DNA of 64,000 bases, from assembly GCF_006345805.1 (NCBI RefSeq), contig NC_042999.1, positions 49,042,001-49,106,000 of the forward strand. Direction: 5' to 3'. The notes below the pieces were generated by a model that made no database searches, was not told the DNA's origin, and was given only the letters and a program-made list of their open reading frames with translations. Source of the stretch: Octopus sinensis. Its lineage: Eukaryota. Positions 46,461 to 61,169 of the stretch are shown here, one piece after another. Each line of letters starts with the position of its first letter. Positions within the stretch are counted from its first letter, which is position 1. The translations under genes and the position numbers were made by a program.

Positions 46461-47718
46461 AACAGCAACAACAACAATAATAATGATAAAAATTAGTACA
46501 CTTTCTTTCGCTATGTGTTTTGTTTAAGCATGACTACTTTAGAAAATGCGAGAATTTTGATATTAATTTAGAATCTTTTGTTAGTATTTCTCTTCTGCAG
46601 TTTTGTACACCGTGAAAATAAATCGTTGATTGTATTCGGTAAATGAGCTGCCAGAAACATATAACAAGAAATTATTTTTGTTTTATTCATCGAAATGATA
46701 CCGAATACTGTCTAGAACGAAATCTTGTTAATAACTTGTCGATCCTTGAATTGAAAACGTTGTACCAAAACATTCAGTGTCTTCAGGCGATTGAAGTGCT
46801 ATTTTATGTGATCATATATTTCAGATTCTAAATTAATATCAAAATTCTTGCATTTGCTAAAGTATTCATGCTTAAAATCTCAAACTGGTATTTTTCTTTT
46901 AATTTTTCTTTTTTACTATTTAGTTATATCTTTACTTTATATTCAGTGAGTATCAAAACTGTTAAAGTCTGCTATGCTTTTCTTGATGTGTGAATATTGC
47001 TGTTGTGTGGTTGTCATATCTCTGTCCAATCTAATAGCGGACGTGATTATGTCGACGCCAATTTTCTATGTTACATATGGGAACTGAAAATTAATCGTGC
47101 AAACATTGTGAAAATAAGATACATACTGCTTTTGTAATCGTGTATAAATCTAATTTTCCAATGGACATTTAAAAGAAAATACAGATACACAACCATAGTA
47201 AATACACACCTATACATAGATAGGGAAAATGTAATCATGTTTGTTTTTCATTATTCTGTTTTTGAAAATCCATGTAACACGAATACATATTCATAGTAAA
47301 CAAATAAAGCATTAAGTATGCATACAGTAACACTGAAAATCACTCATACACACATAAAAACAAAAGAACCACCACTGTCATACTCACACTCTCACACAAA
47401 TGCTTCCGTACCTTTACTTCAACAAGGTAAATAGAACAGATATCATTTTTCATTCATACACTACCGATAACAATCACATGTATACGAATATTAATTGATA
47501 TAAAGTGTGCATATTTGTATGTATGAAAATGTAGTGCACTGTTCCAAGTATTGCATCCAATGAGATATAAATATTATTTAATAAACACAGTATATGTATT
47601 TATGTGCTACTATGATTTGTATGTCATTATTAAATAATATATATTGTGTTTAATGAATAATATATATGCATATATATACATATATATACATTATATATAT
47701 ATATATATATATATATTA

Positions 47719-47762
<44 letters not shown>

Positions 47763-49247
47763 TATAGTAGTAACAGAAAAGGAGGAATTTCGATTATCCC
47801 ACGATTATATATAGGAAACACATGCATACAGGGCGCACAACGAACACACAGCACATACAAGATAAAAGCATTTTCTGCAGTGATGCAAAGAGCCATTAAT
47901 TTCAAAGAAGGATGAGTTAAGCTGGACTCTGTATCTAGCTGATATTTATTGTCTACAGAAGAATGAAAAGTAAAGCCGACTTTACTGAACTCAGCGTGAA
48001 GTATTCAATGCCACAGAGGTCTTCCTCCTACGTAAACTCAATGCCACAAAGTGCTCTCTCCTACGAGTCATCTATATAACCTGTGAAGCATTCAACAATT
48101 TTTTACATAGAACACGATCAATAAAGAGGTGGGTCGATTATATTAAACCACAGTACTAGAATGGTACTTTATTTAACTAAGCCACAAAAGAAGAATGACA
48201 AAGTTGGCATCGGCGGAATTTTACCCAGGAAGTAAATAGCATGAGCACATGTCATAACACTTTTTAACTTATACTCTAATGATTCTGCCACCCAAATCCC
48301 TCCGTCATATTAACTGATTATTTAATAATAATAATAATAAAAGAATATATTAGAATTATTGACTCCTTAAGTATAACAAAGTTGAACTGATATAATTTCA
48401 AGGCTGATCTTAAAAAGTATAACTCTCATACGCCATCATGTCCAGCCTCTACCATTTCTTTCATTCTCGGATTTTTCAGAATCCTAAGTAATAACAAAAT
48501 GTAATAAATTTTCATGTGTAAGATAGAAGGTTCCTGAATTCACAACATACTATTCATGATTATGTGACCTATTAGAAACAGTAGCTTCATTTTCACCGGT
48601 CTCTTCAAATTACATTCCCGTGCCTTACACTTACAAAACCTCTTTAATATAACTCTCGATTCATAAACAGATTTGGTAGTCGATATCCCTTTCACCATGG
48701 GTTTACTCGGGCACAGCTGACCTGGGGTTAATCAACAACAGTAACAATGACGACCATATGGACGGACCATTTCAAACTATCTTACGAATTACTAGTAGGC
48801 ATGCACAATGGGGAAAAATAATAAAATGATATCTTCAATTGAACGGCATTTTCTCAATGATAAATACAAAATTGCAATGCAGCACAAATTTTATCAGTAT
48901 GTTACAATGAAAGATATGGCCTTCAATTACTCTCAAATCAATGGATATCAGTTGCAAAATAGTAGTTAATTTCATATGTTGTGTGTGCATATTTACCATA
49001 TGTACTACTAACTTTTTGAGAAGATATTTTGTGTTGGTACTGATAGGTTAAAGAACACTTGTTCTTTGATATTGCACATACTGCCTTCATGATAAAATAA
49101 CATCTCTCAATGCTCAATCGGCATTTCTGTAAACTGTAAACTTGTCCTTATAGATTTTGAAGATATTACTTTGCTCAAGTGCGTTCTCAGATGTTTTCAC
49201 ACACATCATATCGATTGTTCTTAGAGTAATGTCCATCAATGTTTCTG

Positions 49248-49295
<48 letters not shown>

Positions 49296-49323
49296 GGGTG
49301 AGTGTGTGTGTATGTGTGTGTGT

Positions 49324-49595
49324 GGAGGCGCAATGGCCCAGTGGTTAGGGCAGCGGACTCGCGGTCATAGGATCGCGGTTTCGATTCCCAGACCGGGCTT
49401 TGTGACTGTTTATTGAGCGAAAACACCCAAAGTTCCACAAGGCTCCGGCAGGTGGTGGTGGCGATCCCTGCTGTACTCTTTCGCCACAACTTTCTCATTT
49501 CGGGGCGTCATTTGAAGGCTAAAACAATACGAAACGCATTGTGACCAGTGATGTGTAGCAACATCTGATAGCTTGGTCGGTCACAGTGATCACGA
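49324..49595 (+). mobile_element. tRNA-derived SINE (related to the 23782 family)
   Basis: Head ggaggcgcaatggcccagtggttagggcagcggactc…gtttcgattcccagaccgggc with A/B boxes; body gagcgaaaacaccc…ggctccggcag is shared with the 23782 copy. Confidence 0.75.
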
Positions 49596-49736
49596 TGATA
49601 TATATATATATATATATAAGTTTACCAAAATTTAGATTCAAATAAATATGGTACTTAAGTTAGATGCACCAGAATTTTGTATGGTGTTATCCATATAAAT
49701 CAATGGGGTGATTATAATCAAAATAAGCAACATGAA

Positions 49737-49820
<84 letters not shown>

Positions 49821-52800
49821 AAACGCTTTGCCAAAATATCTCAGGGATTTTGATGCAGTGGAGGTAGATGTTCTAAGAAACAACTTGATCTCTTGCCATC
49901 CAAGGTCCCAGATGAACCAATACCAAGGCTGGAAGCACAAAAGAGGTCAATAGTGTCGAACTCCCTTTCTTCACCAAAACCCAATCGCATAAGTTTGGCC
50001 AGTGCATAGGTGATTAGATTGGCGGTGCCCCAGTATAGCCACAGCCTTACGGCTGAAACGTGTAAAAGGATATATATGAGGAATCTCTTAACCATTATCA
50101 AGCTTGCCGCACGGGGACGTTGGTACAGGTATCCATTTGGGAGGCGAATACCACGTTAGAAAGATCCAATTTTAAGAGTATTGAGAGAGAGTAAGACTTG
50201 TGAGCCCCTGAAATAAAGAATATTCATGTACTAACGTGCTGTTGAATATTCCATATGACTGTTCGATATTAGCGTATATGTAAATAAATATGCGTGTGTA
50301 TGTATATATATATATATATGTAGCTTTATATATATATATATATATACACACACATACACAGGAACACACACACACACACGTATATATATATATATATATA
50401 TATACATATAGTTGCGTCAGTGTGTGTGTGTTCGGGGGTGTGCTTTTGTGTGTAAATGTGTGCGTATTTTTTCGTATGTATGTATACCTGTATGTATATA
50501 TGTATATATGTATAAAATCAGTTGATATAATTTTTTTATGAAGCTTAACCAAAATATTGATGAACTAATAAGGATGATTTTCACGCTTACCAAATATACA
50601 TAAGGATATGTCTCTTACAACTGGCATATAGTTGATATGTGCTTATTTGGAGGTCATTATGAATAATAAAAACAGTCAATTTAAGGAAGCTAGGGTGAAA
50701 TGTAAATAAACACTGGTACAGTGTTATAGCAATTTTAAAATATCAGTGTGCAGAGATCCATTTTGCCTGTGCGCCTGTGGGTACGCGCACATCTTTATTA
50801 ATAACACAAGAAATTAATGATCTGGAAGTCATTGTAATTTAAGTAATATCGAAATAAATAATCATACTTCAAATATATATATTCAGAGCGTAGATACATG
50901 CAAGGAAAGTTGAGGATATTTGGCTATTGAGTCAGAATGACTATTTAAAATTAAATGGAATGTAGCCTGTATGGTACTTAGTTCATTTTCAATGACATAT
51001 TGAAGAAATAAGCATGGAACTTAAGCGTAATCATCGTAATGTGTTTATGTCATATTACGTCTTTCATACTATTGGTATTATTCAGAAATGCTCTTCTTGG
51101 ATTATTCCTGGAGGGCTGATAAGGGAAATGACATAAAAACATTCATTAATTAGATTTATAATTACGATAGGTTGCTTTTTTAAACACAGATAACAAAAGT
51201 TGATTGGATTTGATGCCGATTTTATGTTTTCAATTCAGCTAGCTTAAGTCGATGGCATACATTGAAATTAAGATGTACTCAAATTTTGTATTAAAAAAAA
51301 TCAATTGTTCTTTTGTTAGCATTTTTCAAAGTTGTGCAAAGTGACATCTACTCTTTTGCAAATAATTAAAAACAGAAGGCTTTCACAGACTCCTCATCTC
51401 GGCAATACATTCTTAATAGAATTTAGCAAATTGAAGTAGAAACAAAACAAAATATAAATTAGGTTAAAATATTAATGAACACAATACTAGAAAGCAAGAC
51501 GAGTAATAAACGCCCAAACAAGATCGTACTCGTAAAATTTAAGTACAGAAATAATTTAGAATTGAAAACAAAAGAATAAAACAGTTTACTACAAGTTTTC
51601 CTTACAAAATATGAAAATCGAAAGAGATTGAGTGGGAAATAAAAATAAAGAAATACAAAGAGTATATGATAGGTCAAAAGATCATCTACAGTAGGTGGAA
51701 CTAGATATGGCTTGCAGAAAAAAACCCATTAGCCTCACAAATTCGATTACCGGTTGATAGATTCAATTTATGGTTGATTCACTTACAGACATAATGCCGT
51801 CGGGAAAATTATAAAAAGCACATTTTATCAAATTTTCTGCATCCTATAGTTCAGACACGTTCTATTGAATTATATACATGCACAATGTTACATGTAAATG
51901 TACGTAATGCATTTCTTTAACAACATTATTTCGTATGTGTTCCTGATAACCTAAAAGCGTAACTACACCAGAGAGCAAACGTATTTTCTATGCATAATAA
52001 CAAACCTCAGTAAAAATAGGTCTCGAGGAATTTATCTCGACTGTTTGAGATCAAATCACATCGAAGCCAGCTTTGCTGCTCAACTTTTCAAGATAGGCGA
52101 AAATGTAAAATGTAGGCTGCTGGGTTGGAGAAATGCTGAAATACCGTACAGAGCACCTTGCAGCATCTGTTTAGAGCAGGAATTCTGGAATATTTCCTTT
52201 TTATCTATGGACCTCTTTAAATACTTTTTCACTCTGGTGGACCCCTATAGCCATGCTATGTTTAAAAACTAGTTTTATAGATACTGCTTTCAAAATTACT
52301 TTTTGTTATATCACTTGTTTACTTGTGTAGTTGGAACCATGGTTCAAACTACACAAGTTTTAACGTTAGAGAAAGAAACCTACCTGTTTCTTCCAATAAA
52401 TACACCCGGAGGAAAATCATTTCATGCATGGACACTTAATATATACCACTGTGGATCCCCAATTTACTATATTGCTTGACTGGAACCTCAAAATTCTTAT
52501 ATGAACCCATGTGGGGGTCAAGTGGACTCCGGTTTAGAATCACTGCTTTAAACCTTTCGCATTTTGATATCTTTGGTTTTAGCGAATTGCCCGTAAAGAG
52601 TTGACTCCCCACCATATGGGCAACATCAGTTGCGTGAAGAGTGGAGAATTCTATGCATGAGCATCTGTCAGTCTTCCTAAATATTGACATACATATTCTT
52701 GTTTGGGTAATTTCCTAAATACTTCCTAAGCAAGTAAAGATGTAGTGACCCTGTTATCAATGTAGTATGGAGATTTCGCCAATGTTTCCGACTACATCTG

Positions 52801-54113
52801 AATAATAATAGCATCAATAATGCTATCCTCATATTCTGTCATGATTCATGTTTCCTTCCCTCTTCACTGGACTGAGTCAATACATAAATACACACACACA
52901 TACGTACATACATACATACTTGCATGTATACGCAATCTAGCTAATGCCAGCAGCATTGACAAGAATAGCAGCCTGTCTCTAGCCTGTGATAACTTCATCT
53001 CATCTCACGAAATAGGCTAAACCTTTGCAATGCAGTAACAAGAAGTAGCTAGCATATATTTGATCATTAAAAGACGTAAGGATCGCTCTAAAATGTGTCA
53101 CTTATATCATACCAGTTTGAAATATACCACACATATTACCAGAAGCTTTCCAAAAATCGCCGCAAGATAATACCTTCTCATGCAATTAAACTTCATCGGA
53201 TTTTGTTGATTTCAGCTTCTTGGATATTTTTCATAATTTTTTTTCCATATTTAAATCCAGGATTGCTTTATAAATTAAATAGATATGTCGCTTATGACAT
53301 ATCCATAGTAAGGGGAATAACTTTAGTCTGTGTTGTTTTATGACTTCTAATTTAAAGTAATCGACGTCTGTTTTATAAATTAGATGTTATCTATGTATTC
53401 CCAGAGAGTGTCACTCCAAATGTTTGGTAGAATTATTGTAGGTGATGTATGTGCTGTCATCGGTAGTCTTTTCTAATGTTTGTAAACCTGTTTTACGCAT
53501 TCAGAGCGCTATACACACATATAAATATATACGTGAATACACATACATATATACTCTCATGCACACAAACGTATATGTGTGAAGATCTGAGTGTGTGTGA
53601 GGCTGTATGCGTGCCTGCGTGTGTTTGTGAGTGTGTGTGAGTGTGTGTGTGCGTGTTTGTATATATATATACACATATATGTATAAATGATTGTGTATGT
53701 ATGTCTACACACACACACAAATCTATATATATAAAACTGAGAATGTGTGTGTGTCTGTCTGTCTGTGTGAATCCCTAAAACTTGAGAACTACACAACCAA
53801 TTTCATTCAAATTTAACACACGAATTACTTAGGATCCATGTAGTATCATGGACAAAAAACTCTTTAACTTCCTGCCAAGGGTGAGCCCACAGCAATATCA
53901 TATCTTCACTATTTCAGTATTACATGTAAAAATGAAACAAACATCTCTGTATTGTATGTATATGGATGTATGTATATATATGTATATATAATATATAATA
54001 TATATATTATATATATATATATATACATGTATATATATAGATATATATGTATACATGTACATCTATAGATGTATTTCTATAGATATACATGTATATGTAT
54101 ACATGTATGTCTA

Positions 54114-54153
<40 letters not shown>

Positions 54154-54254
54154 TGTACAGTAATATGTGCACATCTATATATATACACATATATACATGC
54201 ATATATATATACACCCATACACGCATACACACACACACATACACACATACATAG

Positions 54255-54560
54255 GTGCAGGTGTGGCTGTGAGGTAACAAACTTGGTTCCAAAACACATG
54301 GTCCTCAGTTCAGACCCACTGTGTGGTAACTTGGCATGTGTCTTCTGCTATAGCCTCAGACCAACCAAAGCATTGTAGGTGGATTTTGTAGACAGAAACT
54401 GAAAGAAATCAATTGTATATATACGTATGTATATATGTAATTCTATGTATGTGTATTGGTGTTTCTCCTTCATCACTGCTTCACAACTGGTGTCCGTTTA
54501 TTTACATCCCCATAACTTACTGCTTTCACAAGAAGAAACTGATAGAATAAGTACCAGGCT
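54255..54560 (+). mobile_element. Diverged tRNA-headed SINE (second family)
   Basis: gtgtggctgtgaggtaac…cagttcagacccactgtgtgg…cttggcatgtgtcttctgctatagcc…gacagaaactgaaagaa; reverse-complement match to 30870-31025. Confidence 0.6.
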
Positions 54561-54678
54561 TATCAAAATGTAAAAACGCACTACGCAGTGTCTCATATTT
54601 TTGATTGCCCACTCAGATGCATCGATAAATTTATCTTTGTGTGTGTATCTGTGTGTGTGAGTGTTGTGTGTGTGTGGT

Positions 54679-54728
<50 letters not shown>

Positions 54729-54754
54729 TATATTATATATATATATATATATAT

Positions 54755-54972
54755 ATTACATTATAAAAGGGCTTAGTAAAATAAATACTTTGCCGCATAC
54801 TGAACTCGTTAGAAATAGCAGCTAAAAAAACTATTTCTAACACTTAAAGAAAACCTCTCTCATATAGAGGTTTTCTTTAAGTGTTAGAAATAGTTTTTTT
54901 AGCTGCTATTTCTAACGAGTTCAGTATGCGGCAAAGTAATTTATTTTACTAAGCCCTTTTATATAATGTAAT
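54755..54972. repeat. Near-perfect ~105-bp-arm hairpin with 7-nt loop
   Basis: Arms 54755-54858 and 54866-54972 are reverse complements apart from small indels at the outer end; loop ctcatat. Confidence 0.92.
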
Positions 54973-55065
54973 AATTTGAATTTGCCTTAAATGGTCCCTT
55001 TGCATACTGAATACTTGGTGAAATTGATTAATTAATTAATTAATTTTACCCTCAATTGTTGAAAT

Positions 55066-55097
<32 letters not shown>

Positions 55098-55173
55098 TAT
55101 GGATTTCATAGACAGGAACTGAAACAAATCGATCGTATATATATGTATGTACATATGTAAGTGTATGTGTTTT

Positions 55174-56160
55174 AGTATTGGCAACATGAATGACAATGGT
55201 CAGAGACAACTTGAAGTTTGCACATACCATAACCTGTGCATCACCAACACATTCTTTGCCAACAAGACATCCCACAAGGCATCTTGGAAACATCCAAGAT
55301 CTCACAACCGGCATCAGCTGGATCTCATCATTACACGAAGATCCTTTCTGAATTCAGCTCAACTGACCCGTAGTTACCACAGCATGGATTGTAACACAGA
55401 TCATTCACTAATAAGGAGTAGGATGAGGATTCTGCCTAAAAAAAGTCCATCAGTCCAAGAAAATGGGCCGACCACGCACTAACAGTGCCAGAACCTCGGA
55501 CCCTACACTGCGACAATGTTTTGTTGTTTCTGTCAAGGTTGCCTTCAGTAGCTGCCCAACCTCCCCTGCTGAATGTAGGTCGAATTATATCAGAGAAGCT
55601 TTGTATACCACATCAATATATACTTTCGGCATGAGAGAAAGGCAAAACCCAGATTGGTTCAATGCTCGGCTCTCAGAGCTGGAAAAATTATTGAAGCAAA
55701 ACGTGCAGTCTGATGCAATAAAAGAGTGATTGTTCTACAAAGTCACTCGAAGAACTCAGAAAGGCAAGAAATAAAACCCAACTGACTGCCAGACGCTGTG
55801 AAAATAGGTATTGGCAGGAAATCTATCAGAGTATCCTGTCAGCTGCTGACAGTGGCGATACCCGTGGGATGTATGCCGGTTTGAAGAAGGCCCTCGCTCC
55901 ATCCGCAACCAAGTCAGCCACTCTGAAATCATCTACTGGAGATCTCATCAAGGACCAAAGCAAGCAAGTGGATAGATGAGTGGAGTACTACCAGGATCTC
56001 TACTCACGGGAGACCATGGTAGCTGAGGTTGCAATCGAGGGTGTCAAGATCTTGCCAGTCATGTGCGAACTTGACAGTCTGCCATTTATAGCAGAGCTCA
56101 CCAAGGCTATTTACTCCCTAGCAAGTAACAAGGCTCCGGGAAAAGACGGCATCCCCACGT
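55174..56160 (+). mobile_element. Decayed RTE-clade LINE ORF fragment (APE endonuclease C-terminus through pre-RT linker)
   Basis: Peptides GNMNDNGQRQLEVC...LCITNTFF..K..HKASWKHPRSHNRHQLDLIITR...DCNTDHSL (RTE/BovB-type APE end) and [21 protein letters not shown] (start of the RT region); several stops and frameshifts. Confidence 0.8.
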
Positions 56161-56243
56161 AATCCCACGATTACAATTTTGTTTGGGTGTGTAAAAAGGG
56201 AAGTAACCCTCATCTGCAATTCTATATCCTGTTAAATATAGAA

Positions 56244-56291
<48 letters not shown>

Positions 56292-56298
56292 TATATAT

Positions 56299-56331
<33 letters not shown>

Positions 56332-56386
56332 ATTATATATATATACATACATACATATATACATATATATTATATATATATATATA

Positions 56387-56460
<74 letters not shown>

Positions 56461-56487
56461 ATGTATATATATATATGTATATATGTA

Positions 56488-56571
<84 letters not shown>

Positions 56572-56585
56572 CATGTATATGCACG

Positions 56586-56677
56586 TGGTGGCGCAATGGC
56601 CCAGTGGTTAGGGCAGCAGACTCGCGGTCGTAGGTTCGCGGTTTCGATTCCCAGACCGGGCGTTATGAGTGTTTATT
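56586..56677 (+). mobile_element. 3'-truncated tRNA-derived SINE head
   Basis: Nearly identical to the 49324 head (tggcccagtggttagggcagcagactcgcggtc…gtttcgattcccagaccgggc), then ends abruptly. Confidence 0.72.
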
Positions 56678-56977
56678 GCAAAAGAAATTACTGGATAATT
56701 CCGGATTTCATGAAGGCAAAGTATTTTTTAATACAAAGCCAGAAATCCGTGATCTGGAATTTTTTTTTTTTCTAGTTAATTTTATTGTCTGTTTTTCTCT
56801 TGGTGCTCTATGAACATTTAATGTGGCTTTAGAATCAAGTTTTGACTGTTGTTTCCAGCGTGGAGGTATCTCTTATTAGATACCCTAAATTATAATTTTA
56901 AATAATTATTACCTTTGAAAAGTTTTATTCCCATTCTGGCCACCCGATAAGAGTTATATTTTAAATATCGATCTTAT

Positions 56978-57036
<59 letters not shown>

Positions 57037-57039
<3 letters not shown>

Positions 57040-57586
57040 GAAATATTAAAATTACTAAGTCTCTCTAAAGGAGATTACGGCAGCGTTACTGGATATTAAT
57101 AGTTATCGCCATACTAATATGGCAGTCCATAAATATAAGACTAAAGCTGTCGCTGATTAGCTCCAAGAGGCCGTCGCCTCTAGCTAGCTATATGACACAC
57201 GAACCTGCGTCCATTACAACCTTCGAACAGGGGAGGTCAGCCGATTCACCTTGCTAGTCAGACATCTGCAGACATGTTTCAGGGTTGTTGCCCTTTATCA
57301 ATGCAGCGTAGTCAAACCCAGCAGGTGTCGCTACTGACCGTCTGTTCGAAGATTTTATTTACCTAGTTACAGTGGAATACATCCACTTGTTTTCAATTAT
57401 AGAAATATTAAAATTACTAAGTCTCTCTAAAGGAGATTACGGCAGCGTTACTGGATATTAACAGTTATCGCCATACTAATATGGCAGTCCATAAATATAA
57501 GACTAAAGCTGTCGCTGATTAACTCCAAGGGGCCATCGCCTCTAGCTAGCTATATGACACACGTACCTGCGTCCATTACAACCTTC
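57037..57586 (-). mobile_element. Retrozyme-like / PLE pseudo-LTR-like partial tandem repeat (362-bp period, ~1.5 units) containing the hammerhead
   Basis: 188-bp direct repeats at 57037-57224 and 57399-57586 with only a few substitutions. The spacer holds the hammerhead inside a long imperfect hairpin (57221-57351). No ORF; abuts a (TA)n tract. Confidence 0.7.
57266..57306 (-). ncRNA. Minimal type I hammerhead ribozyme motif (U3:A8 variant)
   Basis: Minus strand: CUGCA [I] UUGAUAA [core] AGGG-CAACAA-CCCU [II] GAAA CAUG UC [palindromic ACAUGU, GUC site] UGCAG [I', 5/5 bp]. Predicted cleavage between 57271 and 57270. Confidence 0.8.
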
Positions 57587-59823
57587 TACTACTACTTAAA
57601 ATGATATAAGCATCGTTTTCAGTCGACAGTGGTGGTGTATATTTGCAGTTATTAGCACTACGTCAGAGACGGAATTGACAGTGTGTGTAGTTCTTATCGT
57701 GCGTTTGCTTTATTCGGGTAAACGTAGAACGAATACAAAACAATAACAACATCCAAACAAAAATTGTTTTAGCAGTAAAAAATGCAAAAAGACAAGCTAC
57801 TTCTCTTAATGTTAAACAATATAGTATTTTTGGGTAAGAAAGTAAAATTGATCATACTTAGATTTTTTGAAACAAGAAACTAATCTGAGATAATTGCGAT
57901 AAAAAAGAGAAAAAAAAATATAATGTATATTTAGTCTGAAATTAGCAATATCACATCTTGCTTTTTAGTTCCAGTAAATTTCACTCTATAATCCTTATAT
58001 AAATTATACCTCGAAAATATAAAGAAAAGTTGATATCTTATCGACTGAATAGAATTTCTAGCCTTAAGTTTGCTCAGTATTATTATTAGTTTAGAAAATC
58101 CAATTTGCTCTCTTTCCTTTTTGATGTAGATTTCAATTCAGACTCCTATCAAAAGTTCTTTATACTGTTTTATTTTTTTCTGTTCTCTTTTCAATATACG
58201 TTTCGCTTTGTACTTTTGTCTGGTTTAGTATTTCGCTAATGTAAAATCAAATAAATGTATTATAGGAATTTAATCCAATTAGCAATTACACCTCTCAGTA
58301 TTTTATCGTCTTTTGATATTTTCTTTGGACTTTACGCGTTGTACTAGTAAATATTGATAGATTTTCTTTGGGGATTTATTTTCAACATTGAACTGCCGAG
58401 TTTTCTTTTGAATATATTAAATATTCCTTTAGGCTGTTTTAGGTGCTTTAGGTTGTCGTCTTTTTTATCAGCACTCACATATTTCCACATAATGATGATA
58501 CTTCGTCCAATTTCACATTATCACTAAATGTACGAAGCGAATCTATTCTTCCTTGAAGGAAAGATTTATGCTCCCTTCGTAAAAGGAAGCGCAATCAGGA
58601 ATATTTAGTACAATGGCCTGAGCGATTAAGAATAATGTAGTCCATTCTATTAATGACATATTATAGAAATGCACCACTACATGTAAATGGTTACCAAAGA
58701 GCGACAGTTCAACAATCAAAAGAATAAGATCACACCCTCTAGATTTTCAATGATTTACTAACTCTTACTTTATCTATCGTGTAAACTGGAGATATCAACG
58801 GAAATACGATTTCAGTTCTTTTGTATCATTCATCCATATAATTTATAAGCAATGTGTCAGAGATCTTGTTTCAATTTCACGTTTGGGTTTCAGCTTCATC
58901 TATCATAACTAACATGTATCTCTCGGAACAATGAGCCGGTATTAAGAAATTTAAATTTAATATTCAATCACATCGATTGAATCACATCATAATCATCCGA
59001 CCTTTCAACAATATTAGCTTTGATTTTGCTTCAGTATAAACTTCAAAGATTTTGAAACGTTCACTGAGAAAGCTAATTTACATATGACGCCACATTTCAA
59101 TGATTAACATTAGCACAACAGTGTTTTTATTCAGCAATTATCTTATATCAAAGAACAGGACAAAACTTCAACATTAACGGCGAATTAATTCGAAATAAAC
59201 GCAAGCTATAATATTAGTGTAGAAGAAAGCATCTAATTTTGAACAGCGTCCAAATCTCCTGTCATTTTAACTTCAGTGCATATTAACCATAGCATAGAAA
59301 AACTGCCAGAAACTTCTACAGTGAAAGCAATAGTACAGCCAACTTTTACATCACATGACAACTGACTGCAAGTAAAGTCTATTCAAATCGTCTGTACATG
59401 AACTTTTCGTTAATCAACACAAGCAAATAGATTTCCCCTTCTAGACATAGTTCAGAGTAAAGTGCCTCGATGTCTGTTTCTTAAATAATTTACGTCGACA
59501 TGATAATCTAAGGAATAACTGACGAATTTCAATTTACCATCTTAGATATGGATTTGTCTGAGACTGTGCTAAAAATATTTCACGCCACCAGCTGGTAATC
59601 TAGGATGGATATATTTAAGTACACATAACGAATGCGAACAAACACCGACCAAGCCCTCATTGACCTTGTAGGCATGTAGTATACAAAGAAGCCATTAAGT
59701 AATCGAATGGATTCTGCGCGACTTTATATAAAGTAGTTTCAGGCAGCTATCAGAACATTTGTTGAAAATAGCAGAACAACCAGCTTGCACATATGTGCAT
59801 ACTTTGAGGTAAACAATGTATTT

Positions 59824-59881
<58 letters not shown>

Positions 59882-60812
59882 CATGTATGTATATTTGCAA
59901 GCATGTATATGTTTATGTATGTATGATAAATGCGAAATTCAAATACAGAGAACAATGACAAACTTTAAGAATGTATAAAACGAAAACATTTGTGAAGTTT
60001 TACATACAAATATTTAGGTACAATGAACACATTCAGCACTGTATGCAAAGATGTTAGTACAAAATGCATGTGTGAATGTATGTAGACATATCAGAGGCAC
60101 AGAGAGAGAGGTAAACAAATAGACAGAGAGAGAGAGAGAGCTAGAAAGACAAAGAGAGAGAATGGAGGGGAGTGAGGGATGTGTCATCATATGTGAACCC
60201 AAATATAGAATTTATTATTGCTAAACAAAACAACATATTTAGGCATGAGAAAAATAGAATCCGAAATAAAACTATGCTAGATTGTGAAAAAAACATTTAT
60301 TCTTCCATTTTCTTTTTCGGTAACATAGGCAAATAAAATATCTAACTTTATCCCTGAAAAACATCTTATAAAATAATAATAATAATAATAATAACAAACC
60401 AAAAGTTTCTTTGAAGAATAAGCGGCAAATGAAACAAGACCTCTCACAAATAGAGCCACCAATGTCTGTATTCATATATTCATGAAAAGGACTGAAATGT
60501 GATTATTCATAGGAAGGAATCAAATGTGATTAATTTAAAGCGGAGGGAATTGTGCTACAGAAATGAGATTTTCAATTGCACGTGTATATATTATTTTCTT
60601 GTCTATTTGTTAGGCTCTCGTTGTCTATACTTGTGATCTTATTCATTATTCTGAAGCTGCTTCTTCAAGGTCCTACATGTGAACATTGTTCGCACACACA
60701 TAATTACGGGCACATCCACACAAATGCACACTCTCATATGCACACATACACAGGCACACACACACATATACACACATATAAATACATACATGCACACACA
60801 CACATACATACA

Positions 60813-60862
<50 letters not shown>

Positions 60863-60887
60863 ATATATACACAGTTACAGACATACA

Positions 60888-60918
<31 letters not shown>

Positions 60919-61088
60919 ATATATACACAGTTACAGACATAAAAATGCCAGAATTCTAAATATATGTGTGCATGTTTACAAGCGCGGACACATACACTCT
61001 CGCACACACGCACACACACACGCATGCACGTTCAAACACACATTCACACGCCGCCATACATCACACACATAAATAGATAGATAAATAA

Positions 61089-61135
<47 letters not shown>

Positions 61136-61137
61136 CA

Positions 61138-61169
<32 letters not shown>

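Noticed and set aside
50030-50075. Hairpin + GAAA + near-palindrome (AGCC-UUAC-GGCU GAAA CGUG UA), similar at 62400-62425
   Set aside because: No YUGANRA core or stem I upstream; matches the 3' end of the common SINE family seen at 28800-28830.
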